From Octopus sinensis (lineage: Eukaryota), in NCBI RefSeq assembly GCF_006345805.1, contig NC_043004.1, forward strand, positions 43,400,001 to 43,464,000: DNA of 64,000 bases, in the 5' to 3' direction. Shown here piece after piece: positions 12,930-25,525 of this stretch. The notes below the pieces were generated by a model that made no database searches, had not been told where the DNA came from, and saw only the letters and a list, made by a program, of their open reading frames with translations. The position numbers and the translations under genes are program-made. Position 1 is the stretch's first letter; each line of letters begins with the position of its first letter.

Positions 12930-13503
12930 TACTCTAAGCACAAGGCCCGAACTTTGTAGGGAGGTGGGGCCAATCGATTAGGTCGACTCCAGTACACATC
13001 TGGTACTCAATTTATCGACCCCGAAAGTATGAAAGGCAAACTCGTCCTCAGCGGATGTGAACAAAGAACGTAAAGACAGACGAAATACCTATTTCTTTAC
13101 TACAAGAGACTAAACACAGAAGGGACAAACAAGGACAGACAGACGGATTAAGTCGATTACGTCGACCCCAGTGCGTAACTGGTACTTAATTTATCGACCC
13201 CGAAAGAATGAAAGGCAAAGTCGACCCCGGCTAAATTTGAACTTAGAGCGTAACGGTAGACGAAATACCTATTTGTTTACTACTCACAAGGGACTAAACA
13301 CAGAGGGGACAAACAAGGACAGACAAATGGATTAAGTCGATTATATCGACTCCAGTGCATAACTGGTACTTAATTTTTCGACCCCGAAGGGATGAAAGGC
13401 AAAGTCAACCTCGCCGGAATTTGAACTCGGAACGTAACGGTAGACAAAATACTGCTAAGCATTTCCTCCGGCCTTCTAAAGTTTCTGCCTGCTCGCCACC
13501 TTA
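12930..13503 (-). mobile_element. Head-to-tail trimer of family 2 SINE with a single head
   Basis: Three bodies; both junctions read gacgaaatacc|tattt (about 13090 and 13270); only the rightmost copy has the 5' head (13455-13503). Confidence 0.85.
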
Positions 13504-13899
13504 CACGTATTATATAATCGTTGAAGAACGGATATATTTTGTGCGTGTATTTATGTGGAAAGACACAAATATATATATACATATATATGTATAGAGTGTT
13601 AGGTGTAATGTATAGAAATTGAATATCAAGTAAAAAAATCGTCAGAATTTTGGAAAGAAATCCTTTTATTTCGTCACTATTATTAGCGGTTTCGTTCCTT
13701 TCTAGAATTTGTCAAATATTTTTTGTGATTGTATGAACAGCTTGTTCATCTATATAATGGAGGTTTTGTATAGAAGAACATTGTTTTATGGGCTGGGGTG
13801 TGAGGTTCCGTGGCGATGGAGATGGATAGACACAAATATAGAAAGGTAATGTTATGTCCTGTTATTATTATTACTATTGTTTTTTTTTGTTGTATTTTT

Positions 13900-14200
13900 G
13901 TATTTATATTCGTGTAACATCGTCTGTTTTTCCGTCCTTGTTTCGTATACATTCGATGCTTTTTTCCAAGGAATCTAATGCTCTTAGCTTAGTTTTTCCT
14001 TGGGGCTGGCCAGATTGGAGCAATCTCAAGATTAATTAGCCGAAATTGCGAGGATGATCCGGTTCTTGACTGAAGGGTTCGAATGACCTGTCCGTGTTTT
14101 TTTGTGTCCTCTATCTGGATGTTTTGTTGTCCATTTTTTATCATCTAGTTGTCAGGATGTTTTGCATTCTGGTCCCATTTTGTGTTTTATTTTATATATA
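13900..14200 (+). repeat. Dispersed repeat (second copy 61290-61485), probably a pLTR/3' UTR remnant
   Basis: Shared gttcttgactgaag..ttcgaatgacc(t/c)gtccgtgtttttt...ctatctggatgttttgttgtcc...catctagttgtc; both copies end at (TA)n. Confidence 0.7.
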
Positions 14201-14404
14201 TATATATCGATCTCCCTTATCACATTATGTCTGATCTCCTCTCTACCAGAGTTAAACCTATTCTTCTAGCGAATGAATTAATCCATAACTAGCCTTAAGC
14301 ATTTCATTTGTTTCCGTAACATATTTGCTCAGTGTAACATAAATCTTCATGACATAGTGTGCTTCGAAATGTTGTTAACGTTTCGACAGCATATTGCATA
14401 CTTT

Positions 14405-14701
14405 TTCCTTTTCAAGTCATTCCTGGCTCATAAGGGCCGGTTTCCTGGTTTCATTGGTGTATAGGTTCTCTACTTGGATGGGACGCCAGTCCGTCGCAGG
14501 TGAGCTGCAAGATGCAGGAGAAAAGAGTGAGAGAAAGTTGTGGGGAAAGAGTCAGCAGAAGTTCGCCATTACCTTCTGCTGGAGCCGCGTGAAGCTTAGG
14601 TGTTTCGCTCATAAACACACACAACGCCCAGTTTGAGATTCGAACCCGCAATCCGTTGATCACGGGTCCGCTGCTCTAACAACTAGGCCATGTGACTCCA
14701 C
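14405..14701 (-). mobile_element. tRNA-derived SINE, family 1
   Basis: Reverse complement of 3147-3447. Confidence 0.9.
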
Positions 14702-14920
14702 ATACTGCAACGTAGTCAGCGATGACAAGCAATGTTTTTGGGTTGGGTTACACGTATCTACTTCTATGAGGAACAAAAAAATCAGGAGGTTCAGCTAATA
14801 ATAATGCTATACTAAAATTAACAGATACTCCTAAAAGAGTCTCAAAACGTTTTGAATATACCCACATAGGCACATGTATATTAACATATACAGTAAGATA
14901 GATAAATATAATATAATTTT

Positions 14921-15147
14921 TTTACTACCCACAAGGGCCTAAACACAGAGAGGACACACAAGAACAGAGAAACGGATTAAGTCGATTATATCGACCCCAG
15001 TGCGTAACTGGTATTTATTTAATCGACCCCGAAAGGATGAAATGTGAAGTCGACCTCGGCGGAATTTGAACTCAGAGCGTAGCGACAGACGAAATACCGC
15101 TAAGCATTTCGGCCGGCGTGCTAACGATTCTGCCAGCTCGCCGCCTT
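14921..15147 (-). mobile_element. tRNA-derived SINE, family 2 (full length, tail A)
   Basis: tttactacccacaagggcctaaacacagag...gccagctcgccgcctt. Confidence 0.9.
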
Positions 15148-15194
15148 GTTTCTGCGTGCTCGCCGCCTCAGATAAATATAATATTAGTGTGTAT

Positions 15195-15232
<38 letters not shown>

Positions 15233-15807
15233 GCGTGTATGTGTTAGCGTGTGTGTGTTAGTATGTGTGTGTGCATGTATGTGTTTGTGTGTGTGGAAGT
15301 ATTTTCATATACTGAATCACTAAGAATATTCTAAAATGGTATACATTTTCTGTAGTTCAATTTGACTCTGCCTAACACATACTCTATAGTTAACAATAGG
15401 ACACAATTTCTCATTTCATTGGAATACATGTATGTATTTGTACGTATTTATATCTATATGCATGTATGTATGCGTGAATGTATATATGTGTGAGTGGATA
15501 GATTTTACTATGCCTGTTTCAATGGAAAGTAATTGAATACGATTTGCGTATCGGAAAATGTGCGTAGATAATACTATTAAAATTCTATCACGGTTTTATA
15601 CATAAACGCTAAAAATAATGAATTGGCGCCATTCAGCATTTCTTTTTAAATGCAGCTTTTGGAAGGAGCCAATTTCATTATTACGATATATTTATCTCAC
15701 TAAATACAAGCCAAAATGCATTCTTCTATATTTGACATCTTATTCAATTACTGTTGGTCGGGTACCGAATGGCTATATACAGGGTCCACACAAACACACA
15801 CACATAC

Positions 15808-15895
<88 letters not shown>

Positions 15896-16531
15896 ATTAA
15901 TGTACATTTAAATACAAAAAGATGTGACCTTGACAGACCGCCTTACATGGTAGAAGGAGCAGTCAAAACGTCCAAAACCACATTTAAGTGCAAGTTCGAA
16001 GGGAATGAAAAATAAAAAACTTTTTACCATCTCTTTTCAAGCGAGACCTAGGTTTTGAACTTTAATTAACAAATAAATAACATTCTAAATTTTTTCTATC
16101 CCATATAATTTTAAGAATAGGATTTTAGTAACTTCAGAAGCTGCTGCCGACTGAAACTGCGCTTCTGCAGTGAATTACAAAAATTATAATATGTAATGAT
16201 GAGATACATGTTATTCTGTCTCTAAATTAAATGTTAATGTATGGCGTACACAATGAGGAGAACTTCGCCTGGCAAATTATTTTACTTGCTAATACAAGTT
16301 CGAAATATAGGTCCGGCTATAAACAAATTACTCTTAAATGTGGTATCGGACCTTTTGACTACTCCCGCTAGAAAGTAAGGTGTCCTGTTGAAATGTCACC
16401 ACTTTTTGTGTTTAAAGGTATACTAATTTTATATGGAAAATATTTTGTCTATTGACAATGCTAGGCCACAGTTGAAAAATCTTTTAAATTTGGGTAGCCT
16501 ATATTATTTTAAGTATATGTATGTATATATT

Positions 16532-16577
<46 letters not shown>

Positions 16578-16806
16578 TATAAAGTTGTGTATATATGTAT
16601 ATGTATATATGTATATATACGTATATATATATATATATATATACATATGCATATATATATGTATATATATATTATATATGCATATATATAAGTACATGTA
16701 TGTATATATATGTATATATATGTATGTGTAAGTATATATATGTATATATATATATGTATATATGTTTATGTGTATGCGTATATATATTTGTATACACACG
16801 CATGTG

Positions 16807-16837
<31 letters not shown>

Positions 16838-16839
16838 TT

Positions 16840-18250
16840 ACACTGAACCACACGTTTTAATTTCATTATGTCTAATACAAATTTGGATAAATCTGATAAA
16901 GTCAAATTTTGGGATTCTCTTTGAGCACAGTCCGTGGGTTGTTTTCGTGTGTTCTGGTAGTGGTGGATCCAGCACATCGAGATGTTAGTGCGTGACATGT
17001 TCACCCTACCTGTGTGTTCAAAACAGCGTTACATCGTCGGTACATTGAGTGCACGAGGCGGTTCAGTTGAACCATTGTCACCTGTGCCCACATCCTGAGG
17101 AAAGTTACCTCTATTTCCACATAAGTTTATTGCCTTGGTTTGACTTGGTTCAACCGTCTCACAACTTCATCCGACAGCTGTTCAATTGGGTTCAAATCCG
17201 GACTGAGAGCTTGTTCGACTCGGTTCTGATGTTGCGCTGGCGCAGGAAGTCCATGTTGACTCTAGCTGTGTGGGTGGGAGCACGTAGCTATTTTGACGCA
17301 CTAAGAAGTGCATAATGTGATGTCTTAGGATCTGCGCAACGCAGCGCTGCGCTGTGATGCCATTCCCTCTGCCTGCACCAACATTTTGAAACACACGAGG
17401 CCTAATTCTCTGATTCAGGCATATAGCTCCCCAAACCAGGATTCGTATCTCTCCATGACACAAGCATCCCTGTAGCGCTCACCCCCCTACGCCGCACACC
17501 CTGCCATGCAATGTAGAAACTCAGTACCGGCTTTTGTCAGAGAAGACTATCAACCTCCATTGTTGATGCCGCTAATGTCGGTGCTGAGTAGTTCACTATA
17601 GTCGTGCCTAACGGTGGTGGGTGCTGAGGTTGTCGCAGGTTGTTGGCGGTCAGTCGTCGTCGAACCTTGCCGTCGCTAATGCGTCGCTGAAATATGGTCT
17701 CGCGAGCTGTCACGCTTCTGGGGGCACATAGCCTAGTGGTTAGAGCAGCGGACTCGCGGTTGAGCGATTGCGGGTTCGAATCTCTGACCGGACGATGTAT
17801 GTGTCTACGAGCGAAACACCTAAGCTCCACGCGGGTCTGGCAGAAGGTAATGGCGAACTTCTGCTGACTCTCTCGTTACAACTTTCTCTCACTCTTTCCT
17901 CCTGCATCTTGCAGCTCACCTGCGACGGACCGGCGCCCCGTCCAGATGTGGAACTTATATTCCAAGGAAACCGGAAAATCGGCCCATATGAGCCAGGCGT
18001 GGCTCGAGAAAGAACAAGGAGCTGTCACGCTGGCCGGTCTGAAGTGATCACTGTGGTGTTGCAGTTTGATGAAGCGGGCCTGCCTGAGCGTGGACACCCA
18101 GAGGTGCCTTCTGTGGGCACGGTCTGCAGTACCGTGGGTATTGTTGTGTCGCTGTTGCAAACGATAAATGGTGCTGCTAGTAATTTCCTATCTGAGCTCG
18201 AATGTTGCTCTGTTAGGTTTTTTCGAAGACTGCTACAAACACCGTTACTG
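16840..18250 (-). mobile_element. Decayed Tc1-family transposon interrupted by a SINE
   Basis: Minus-strand remnants VWGAI...GRGNGITAQR...QILRHH and SPDLNPIEQLSDEVVRRLN (Tc1 D34E region). Confidence 0.7.
17717..18018 (+). mobile_element. tRNA-derived SINE, family 1, inserted in Tc1
   Basis: 13-bp TSD gagctgtcacgct at 17704-17716 and 18019-18031. Confidence 0.9.
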
Positions 18251-18579
18251 GAATAGTGTTAGGAGAAAATGTGTATATCTGATCACATGAACCAATTTGT
18301 TATCTCCATACAAAATGCTCAGTCTACAGAGATCGAAATGTTACGAAATGTCGGTGTGTAGAAGTCTGTGAGAAATATGTGCAGTGAGTAGTGTGATAGG
18401 TCAATCGGGCACGAACTAACTTCTTATTGAGGAATAATTTAATATTTTATTTAATAGCGAGAATTTCAAATGAATGGATTATTAAACTGATTTAAATTTT
18501 CGTGTTAAATTTAAGGAATCAGAAGAAAATATTAAAAATTGTCTAGTAAGAGATTGCTTCCAAAATTTACATGTTTAAT

Positions 18580-18690
18580 GAGGTGGCGAGCTGGTAGAAA
18601 CGACACCACACCGGACAGAGTTCAAATTTTCCCGAGAACGACGTCACCTTTCATGTCGATTAAATAAGTACTAGTTGAGCACTGTTGAGC
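18580..18690 (+). mobile_element. Family 2 SINE remnant
   Basis: aggtggcgagctggtagaaacg...cctttcatgtcgattaaataagtac. Confidence 0.55.
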
Positions 18691-19374
18691 TTTAAATTTG
18701 CTTAATTGCTTGCTATTGTATTTTGTTCATTTTTTTTGTTTTTGGCGTAATATACTGAGCTTTTCTCTACATGGGTTATTTAGAATATATGAACAAATCG
18801 TTATGTTCTATAATTTTATAGGCACGCCACTAACTAATAAATCTATGTACCTGAATTAAATCAGTGCGTGTTTCATAAATGTTTGTAGATAAATTTCTTT
18901 CAGTGGAACAAATGACACTCACTAAATGACGTTACAAATCTTGTGGCGTTAGAAACGAATAACCGGATGTTACTTATGCATAGTGTATATGTATACAGAA
19001 TATACAAGTTTACGGAACATATGGCCGAAGTTGCTTACAACATCCTGTGACGAATATTCTGCGGGTAATAGCAAACGAAATGGTAGTTCCGCAGGCAAGT
19101 TTTTGGAATCAATCTGTAGATATATTGTTTATTCAAGTTAAACTTTGCAATTAAGTTCTGATCCAGTATAAAATGCGAAGAAATATATACCACAAGATTT
19201 GCGTTGATAATTTATCAATGTGTATGTGAATCATATAAGTGTACTATTTAGCAAAATATTTAGGAAAATAATACTTTTGAAACAAACATTAAGTATAGTT
19301 AAGCGAAAATAGATAAGATGATAGACTGCTAAGTCCATCTTCATTCTATTGTTCACAGAGATCTAGGATATTAG

Positions 19375-19550
19375 TATAGGGAGAGATTACGAAAAAAACA
19401 AAAGACGAAGACATGTGGTGTATAAAACAAACAGATGTATTAGTATAACGCTCAGAAATAGAAAAAGTATTTTACGTTTCGAGCCTACGCACTTCTACAG
19501 AAAGGGACATAGAAAAAAAAACAAGGAGAGAAACAAGGAGAGAAAAAAGT
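19375..19550 (-). mobile_element. Penelope-like pLTR remnant with hammerhead-like motif
   Basis: Minus strand cttt-CTGTAGA-a-gtgc gtag gctc-GAAACGTA-aaa (19470-19504); downstream cacatgtcttcgtctttt shared with 62190-62325. Confidence 0.65.
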
Positions 19551-20233
19551 TTATATAAATATATATTAGTATATATATATATGCAAATCTGTAAAAGTGT
19601 TTCTTTCTACTTTCGGTTTCTACTTTTGGTGAATTTTTTGCATTGGATCTTTATTTTATATGATATTTATCTGGTAAATTCTCCTCTACTTTGCGGCCGA
19701 TATAAAACAATTTTAACATGATGTTCATGTCTGCAATCGCAATTTAAATTACATTTGTTTTAGTTACTTCTTCTAGATCTAAGATTTTGATCGCTGTTTT
19801 ATTGCCTATGTAATATGTCTTTAGCGATATTTTACCATTTGCTATTATATATATTCAATGATGTCTTCAGTGATTGTTATTATAGTCATTTTACGGTTAT
19901 AGTCCATTCTATATGTGATTTGTGCATTTTTAATAGATGTAATATCTATAGTATTCGTTATTGTTTGAATTTCTGTTGTCTCTTCCTTTTCAGGAGTCTG
20001 TTTATTAAAATACTCATTGTGTACTCATACTTGTTTTATTTTGGGCCTGTTAGCATCCGGTGCATCACTTGTGTAGCCCACAGAGTTATCGAAACTGCAC
20101 AGACAGGAAGATGGACAGACACACGCACGCCACCCACACATCCCCATATGTATATATACATATACATACATATATAGACGTGTCTCGTTTTCAGTTTCCT
20201 GTTTTATTGAATGTATGTATGCATTTATGTAAG

Positions 20234-20290
<57 letters not shown>

Positions 20291-21744
20291 GCTTATACTT
20301 TCAATAAAACAGGAAATTGAAAACGAGACACGTTCATATTTATATTTCTTTCATAATTGGAATGTCTACTTTGATAAAATAAAGTTTGAATCTATCCAAA
20401 TACCTTTAACGTAATTAGGTCTTGATAAACATATTGGATTGTGTTATGTTTATCAAGAATGTTCTTACTGTAGCCATTTTGAAAATATGTGGTTCTTCTT
20501 TATCTGGAATTCTACAGACAATATTTAATAGTGAATAACAATTAAACGGATTATATCAAACATTTTCGGCACAGGATAAGTGTAATCTGATGTTATCACG
20601 CTCTATATCTCACACAGTGTAAATTAATTATCTAAGTTTTAATTACTAATCTTTTTCAAATTAAAAAAATAAAAACATTTAGATCATTGTTCTTATTTAT
20701 AATACGGATGTTTATTTAAACGTTCCTGGAAATTAGAAGATACAAGAAAATTACTGGTACTATGTGAACCCAGTCTGAACAAACTAAATGACAATGTCTA
20801 TTTATTCAGTCGACTCTATTATTAAATAATTCTATATAGTGTTATTAGAGGAAATCTGTACAATTTCATAATATTATTTGTGATAAAGTACTAGAAAGAC
20901 AGATAAACTAAAGGATACAAGTATAATTATATTTCGGAATTAATTTACAAAATTATTTTAACATACGTCTTTCCAGATAATACAAAATGATTGAATGCTT
21001 CATAATAAAACTCAGTTCACAAAATAAATCCTTCTAATATTCTTTTTTTTAAATGTTGATGGAAGAGGAATCTAATCAATTTATAAATACAAGACTATCT
21101 ATTGAATTATTATGAATTCTAATAATATCTTTGCATTCATTACTAACTGACTTTGCTTCCTGCTATGTTGTAAGTCATATCTATTAAATACCGTCCGTGT
21201 CTCGAATATGAATTAATATATGAATTTCTACACGAAACATAATGTAACTTTCCAACCTATAACTCTCTCACAGCGTGAGATAACGTATAAACATGTTGCC
21301 AAATGAAATTTCATTTATGAACTTAAATATTTAGAATCTGTTATTAATTACATATCAATTAAATACAACACCTTGGCGTCGATTTAAAAGCAGACAAGTT
21401 AAAAAAAACAATACCTATGGTGAGTCTTATGATAAACGAGACTTTATAGATACCGTTAAATATCATAAAAAAACTGCATGCAATCAGCAATTAATTGTAT
21501 GCTTCAGGATATGGGTTTGAAATGTGAATTATGTATCATAATTTCGTCTCGACACACTAAAGTCGTTCGGCAATTTCGTTCACTTTGGTGGTTAAACTAA
21601 ATATAAATCATAAAGAAACGATTTTTTTATCAAGTAATACAAAACAAATTTCAATGATTACATGAACTACTCTTCATATATGGCGTATACTTTTGTCTTT
21701 CGCTCTTTATTTGTGAAATTTCCTATCGCGACAAGTAAAAATTA

Positions 21745-21819
<75 letters not shown>

Positions 21820-21989
21820 CATGTACACACCCATACACACATATATATATATATACATATGTATATATATATTTGTGCACGTATTTGTGTATTTGCATGC
21901 GTATATATGGAAAAATACATAGATATGAGCAGATATCTGTATTTTTTGTACGTACAGTTAAAAATTTACTATTAGTGTTTGTCATTGTT

Positions 21990-22770
21990 ATTCAGAAGCC
22001 AATGATTCCAATGTGACACTTTGTATAGTTCGTATCTTCATTATGAGAAAACATGATAATAACGATAAGTAGAACCATTAATTGTAAGTGTCTTGGATAG
22101 CTTGCATAGTTTTTTTGTAGTGAGGCCCTCTACGAAAAGATCTCCATACACCTCAAGCTAGTTTTTGGCAAACATCGTTAAGGAAATATCGATGGTGTTG
22201 CCCTTGCCAAAACTACATTTCTTTCTATGGTTACATTTCTAAATTTCTATTCTTTTCTTATACTCGAACTGATCGTGTAGCAGAAGATAGCGCTTTCTAT
22301 GTTCAGAATGTTACAAAGCACTGATTCCTTCAGTACATAAAACATTTCTGAAGAGCATCTTTAGCATCTACAGTTGTAGCGTATAGAATGTCTTGAGATG
22401 AGTGCTTGAATTTGAGAATATGTAAACATCAATAAATACTTGGGAAAAGAAAAGACGTGTTCTTTGTCAAAACGTAATCCTTACTTTTGTTAAGAATATG
22501 TGCTTTCCTGAAAATACAACCACTTGGTTGAGCTACTTCCATCAAATCTTGGTATCCCAACGGCCGTTAAAACGACCGTTAACACGCAGTATATTACTGA
22601 GTCATCTTTTGAATTCTTCACTAATGTAAATCGCTTTCAAATCCTGCCGTAAAATATCGACGACATGATGTAATACTTCGTATTCAATCCGAGATATCTA
22701 ACCCACAACCTCTTCCATTCAAGTAGAAGCATAGAGCTGCCGGTGAAAATATAACCATGATCAAGGGAAG
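21990..22770 (-). pseudogene. Heavily decayed coding relic, weak resemblance to transposon-borne C76-like cysteine peptidase; first ~160 bp duplicated at 23415-23575
   Basis: Long open-looking stretches broken by stops and frameshifts; GSFSPAALCF*LNGGSC...N motif in the duplicate. Resemblance is from memory only. Confidence 0.25.
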
Positions 22771-23066
22771 ATAGCAACCTTATTCTTGTGTGTGTGTGTG
22801 TGTGTGCGCACGGGTGCGCGCTAGTGTGTGTATGCTTGTGTGTGGGCGGAGGAGGCATATGTAATAGTTCTGTGATTGTTTGTGTTTTTTAAACTTCATT
22901 ACTTAGTTTTATTCATTTCCTGTCCGTATATAGATGGGCTTTTGCGTTATACTCGAGTTATAAATGAGACTCAAAATTCTTTTTCTCTGTTCTTTCTTTT
23001 TTCGTTGGGTGTCATCTCACATCGTGGACATTGTTAATATGTAAAACAAGGTTAGTTTTATTCTTG

Positions 23067-23112
<46 letters not shown>

Positions 23113-23253
23113 ACACACATATATATATATATATATATATTTCAATATTTAAATAATGAGGGAGATAAATTAATATGATCTGTTTCTAGCATTCGACCGG
23201 CTACCTAGCAGTCCAGCCCTGCCAATACACACCACACACACACACACACACAC

Positions 23254-23296
<43 letters not shown>

Positions 23297-23590
23297 TATA
23301 TATTAATAGTTATCGCCAAGCTAACATGGCAGTTCAGATAAATAGGCCGAATGCTGCCGTTGATTAGCCCCAAGGGGCCATAGCCTCTAGCGAGTTATGT
23401 GACACAGAAAACTATATCATCTTTTGCATTCTTCACTAATGTAAGTCACTTTCATATCTATGCCATAAAACTTCCGACTTCGTATTCGTATCTAACCCAC
23501 AACTTCCTCCATTCAACTAGAAGCATAGAGCTGCCGGTGAAAATGAACCCATGATCAAGGAAAGATAGAAGGCGCAAACAACTTTAGAAA

Positions 23591-23630
<40 letters not shown>

Positions 23631-23981
23631 TATCAATAATTTTAAATTCGGCGGTACTGACGTTGAATACGTTGAATATGATCTGTCTGATGGAGAGATA
23701 TGTTCAATTCTTCCAGCGCCTTCGAACTTAATATTTTTAATATTTAATATTGTTAAGTCCCATGCTGATGAGGTAAATGTTTACTGCTAATTCCGAAATG
23801 CGTCCATGGGTTATCTAATATCGATTGATTTTCGTTATTTTTCCTCTCTGCCATCGTGGATTGTAATTTGTTTTTTCCGGGAGTCTCTTTTTAAAGTAGA
23901 GGAAATGGCTGCTATTTCTTTGGCTGCTATTTCTAAACTTTGGTATGTGATAAAGCAAATCTTTGCTGAAACCTATTATAA

Positions 23982-24023
<42 letters not shown>

Positions 24024-24736
24024 TAATATATATATATATATATTTGTTGTATACTAAATCGTATTTGGGATGTTCAGAATCCGCATCATTTTATTTTCCT
24101 TTCTAAACAGGTACAATTGATAATACGTATTTTTTGTTTATGGTTTCCTTTATATTTATAGGAAAATATTATAAAATACTTTGATGGGTTAAAATGGCAA
24201 CATGGCCATCCACAAATACAACACTATTATAAACATACATTTTCATATTCAGCTTTGATAGGCAAGCATGAATAAGAAGTTCGCGTTTATTCGCACACTA
24301 ATCTTTCGAAACAGAAACCGACATGTGCATATGAAAAAAATTAAATGAAATAAAAGCTATTCAACATAGATAAGATTTTTTAAAAAAGCACAAGGGTTTG
24401 GAAACACTTAGAGTGCTAGCCAAATGTTTATTTTTAGACAACATAATTATAATGTATATTAACAGTAAGATTATAATACATACCAAATGCTTGATATCAT
24501 ACATAGTCAGAAACATTTAAAATAGAGGAGAACAGGTGAAAAACAGAACACTTAAATAACTATAAATATAAGTAGAAATTATATTCCTGCATAGACTGCC
24601 ATCTTAAGTATTAAAAACAAGTACCTCTCAGCGCAATACATAAAAAATGTTCATTTGTTAGCCAAATACATTTGTATTCCTGCTCTGTCTGTCACTGTTT
24701 CCTTCATTTCATGCTTATATATATATATATATTATA

Positions 24737-24967
24737 CTTTATTTAAAGCAGCAGAAAATTCAACAAAATATGTTACTCTGCGTTTCTCGTTGCCGTTCAT
24801 CAGACAGTTTTTGCTAGAAAAAACTGTCTGATGAACGGCAACGAGAAACTCAGAGTAACAGATTTTGTTGAATTTTCTGCTGCTTTAAATAAAGCATATT
24901 ACTCTACCACTGGTATTTTATTACTCCTTTTTCCACCTTGTTTCACATTTATGTGTTTACTCCGGTA
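24737..24967 (+). mobile_element. Fold-back pLTR: ~76-bp arms plus one-sided ~70 bp tail, containing an HHR
   Basis: 24737-24812 pairs with 24819-24894 with 2 mismatches; tail continues to 24967; (TA)n on both sides. Confidence 0.9.
24824..24861 (+). ncRNA. Type I hammerhead ribozyme with intact CUGAUGA core
   Basis: ctgt-CTGATGA-a cg gcaa cg a-GAA actc a gagT A-acag: stem I ctgt/acag, GCAA tetraloop stem II, stem III actc/gagt, GUA cleavage triplet. Confidence 0.7.
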
Positions 24968-25035
24968 TATATATATATATATATATATACATACTCCACA
25001 AATATTTTATTTACTTCAGTCCTCTGAATGCAGTT

Positions 25036-25215
25036 AAATCTGTTACTCTGAGTTTCTCGTTGCCGTTCATCAGATAGGATGAACGGCAACGAGAAACTCA
25101 GAGTAACAGATTTTGTTGAATTTTTTGCTGCTTTAAATAAAGCATATTACTCTACCACTGGTATTTGAGTACTCTTTTTTCCACCTTGTTTCACAATTAT
25201 GTGTTTACTCCGGTA
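25036..25215 (+). mobile_element. Second, shorter fold-back copy of the same pLTR (36-bp perfect arms plus tail)
   Basis: 25036-25071 is the reverse complement of 25078-25113; 25078-25215 is a direct repeat of 24830-24967. Confidence 0.9.
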
Positions 25216-25269
25216 TATATATATATTATATATATATATATATTATATTTTCTTTTTGTTACATATGTA

Positions 25270-25311
<42 letters not shown>

Positions 25312-25482
25312 AATATTAGGGAATAAATCCAAATTTACAGGGAAAAAATCAGATTTAGGATTAAATCGATTTTATAGTAAAATATTATAAAATATTATTC
25401 GAGACAAAACCACTATTTTGCAAAACAAACAAGGAAAGACTTAATCAATACATTAAATTTTAATAAATAGTCAAAAAAACCG

Positions 25483-25525
25483 CCACTACAATCGTTTCTT
25501 GTCTTGATCGACAATCTTCAGGTGG
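25483..25525 (-). ncRNA. Minimal type I hammerhead ribozyme, canonical core
   Basis: ccac-CTGAAGA-ttgtc gatcaa gacaa-GAAAC gatt GTA-gtgg: 4-bp stem I, 5-bp stem II, 2-bp stem III, GUA site. Confidence 0.85.

Noticed and set aside
13985-14060. Hammerhead in the 13.9/61.3 kb repeat (ggct...agcc-gaaa)
   Set aside because: A stem and GAAA are present but there is no CUGANGA-like core or stem I.
19570-20000. Decayed PLE N-terminal coding remnant (LPDKYHIK resembles LPRKYLIK)
   Set aside because: One short motif amid many stops; insufficient to call.
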